Assembly (NCBI RefSeq): GCF_006345805.1
Contig: NW_021834264.1
Location: 1 to 50,153 of the forward strand
Direction: 5' to 3'
Length of the DNA stretch: 50,153 nucleotides
Source: Octopus sinensis
Taxonomy: Eukaryota
Part shown: one piece after another, positions 49,772-50,153 of the stretch
How the letters are laid out: each line of letters begins with the position of its first letter
Numbering within the stretch: position 1 is the stretch's first letter
Program-made: the position numbers and the translations under genes
Notes under the pieces: model-generated
Database searches by the model: none
The model's input: only the letters and a program-made list of their open reading frames with translations
Told to the model about the DNA's origin: nothing

Positions 49772-50062
49772 TCAACGTGACCACCATGACCGACCATGCT
49801 ATCAGATGTTGTTACATATCGCTGGTCACAATGCGCTTCGCATTGTTTTAGCCTTCAAAGGACGCCACTCAGCTGGCTAAGTGAGCAGGTCAACAGAAGA
49901 ACGCATGAGAGTACAGCAGGGATCGCTACCACCCCCGGCCGGATCTCGTGGAGCTTTTAGGTTTTTTCGCTCAGTAAACACTCACAACGCCCGGTCTGGG
50001 ATCGAAACTGCGATCCTACGACCGCGAGTCCGCTGCCCTAACCACTGAGCCATTGCGGCCCC
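49772..50062 (-). mobile_element. SINE family B, full head
   Basis: GCCGCAATGGCTCAGTGGTTAGGGC head. Confidence 0.9.
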
Positions 50063-50068
50063 ACCACA

Positions 50069-50137
<69 letters not shown>

Positions 50138-50153
50138 GAGATAGGGGTTGTAA

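Overview
Repeat-saturated, AT-rich animal genomic DNA, most likely octopus/cephalopod (inferred from the SINE types and microsatellite load). I found no credible host protein-coding exon, rRNA, real tRNA or CRISPR array. The dominant structure is a ~14 kb nest (7.5-21 kb) of four L1/Tx1-clade non-LTR retrotransposons: one full-length 6.25 kb copy with ORF1+ORF2 and three 5'-truncated copies, plus a fifth fragment at 22.2-22.4 kb. All are on the minus strand and sit in (TAGA)n/(TAGG)n arrays; the four intact 3' ends share one tail-less junction, which points to a GATA-repeat-targeting LINE. Also present: R4/Dong-clade LINE pieces in (TAA)n arrays, a canonical hammerhead ribozyme fold at 494-564 (-) and two minimal hammerhead-like motifs in Penelope-type short elements, Penelope, mariner, RTE and Helitron remnants, three tRNA-derived SINE families (with multimers, fold-backs and a 155-bp direct repeat around one copy), and a 12 x 225 bp tandem array made of whole SINEs. 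Family names come from motif recognition only; no database search was run.
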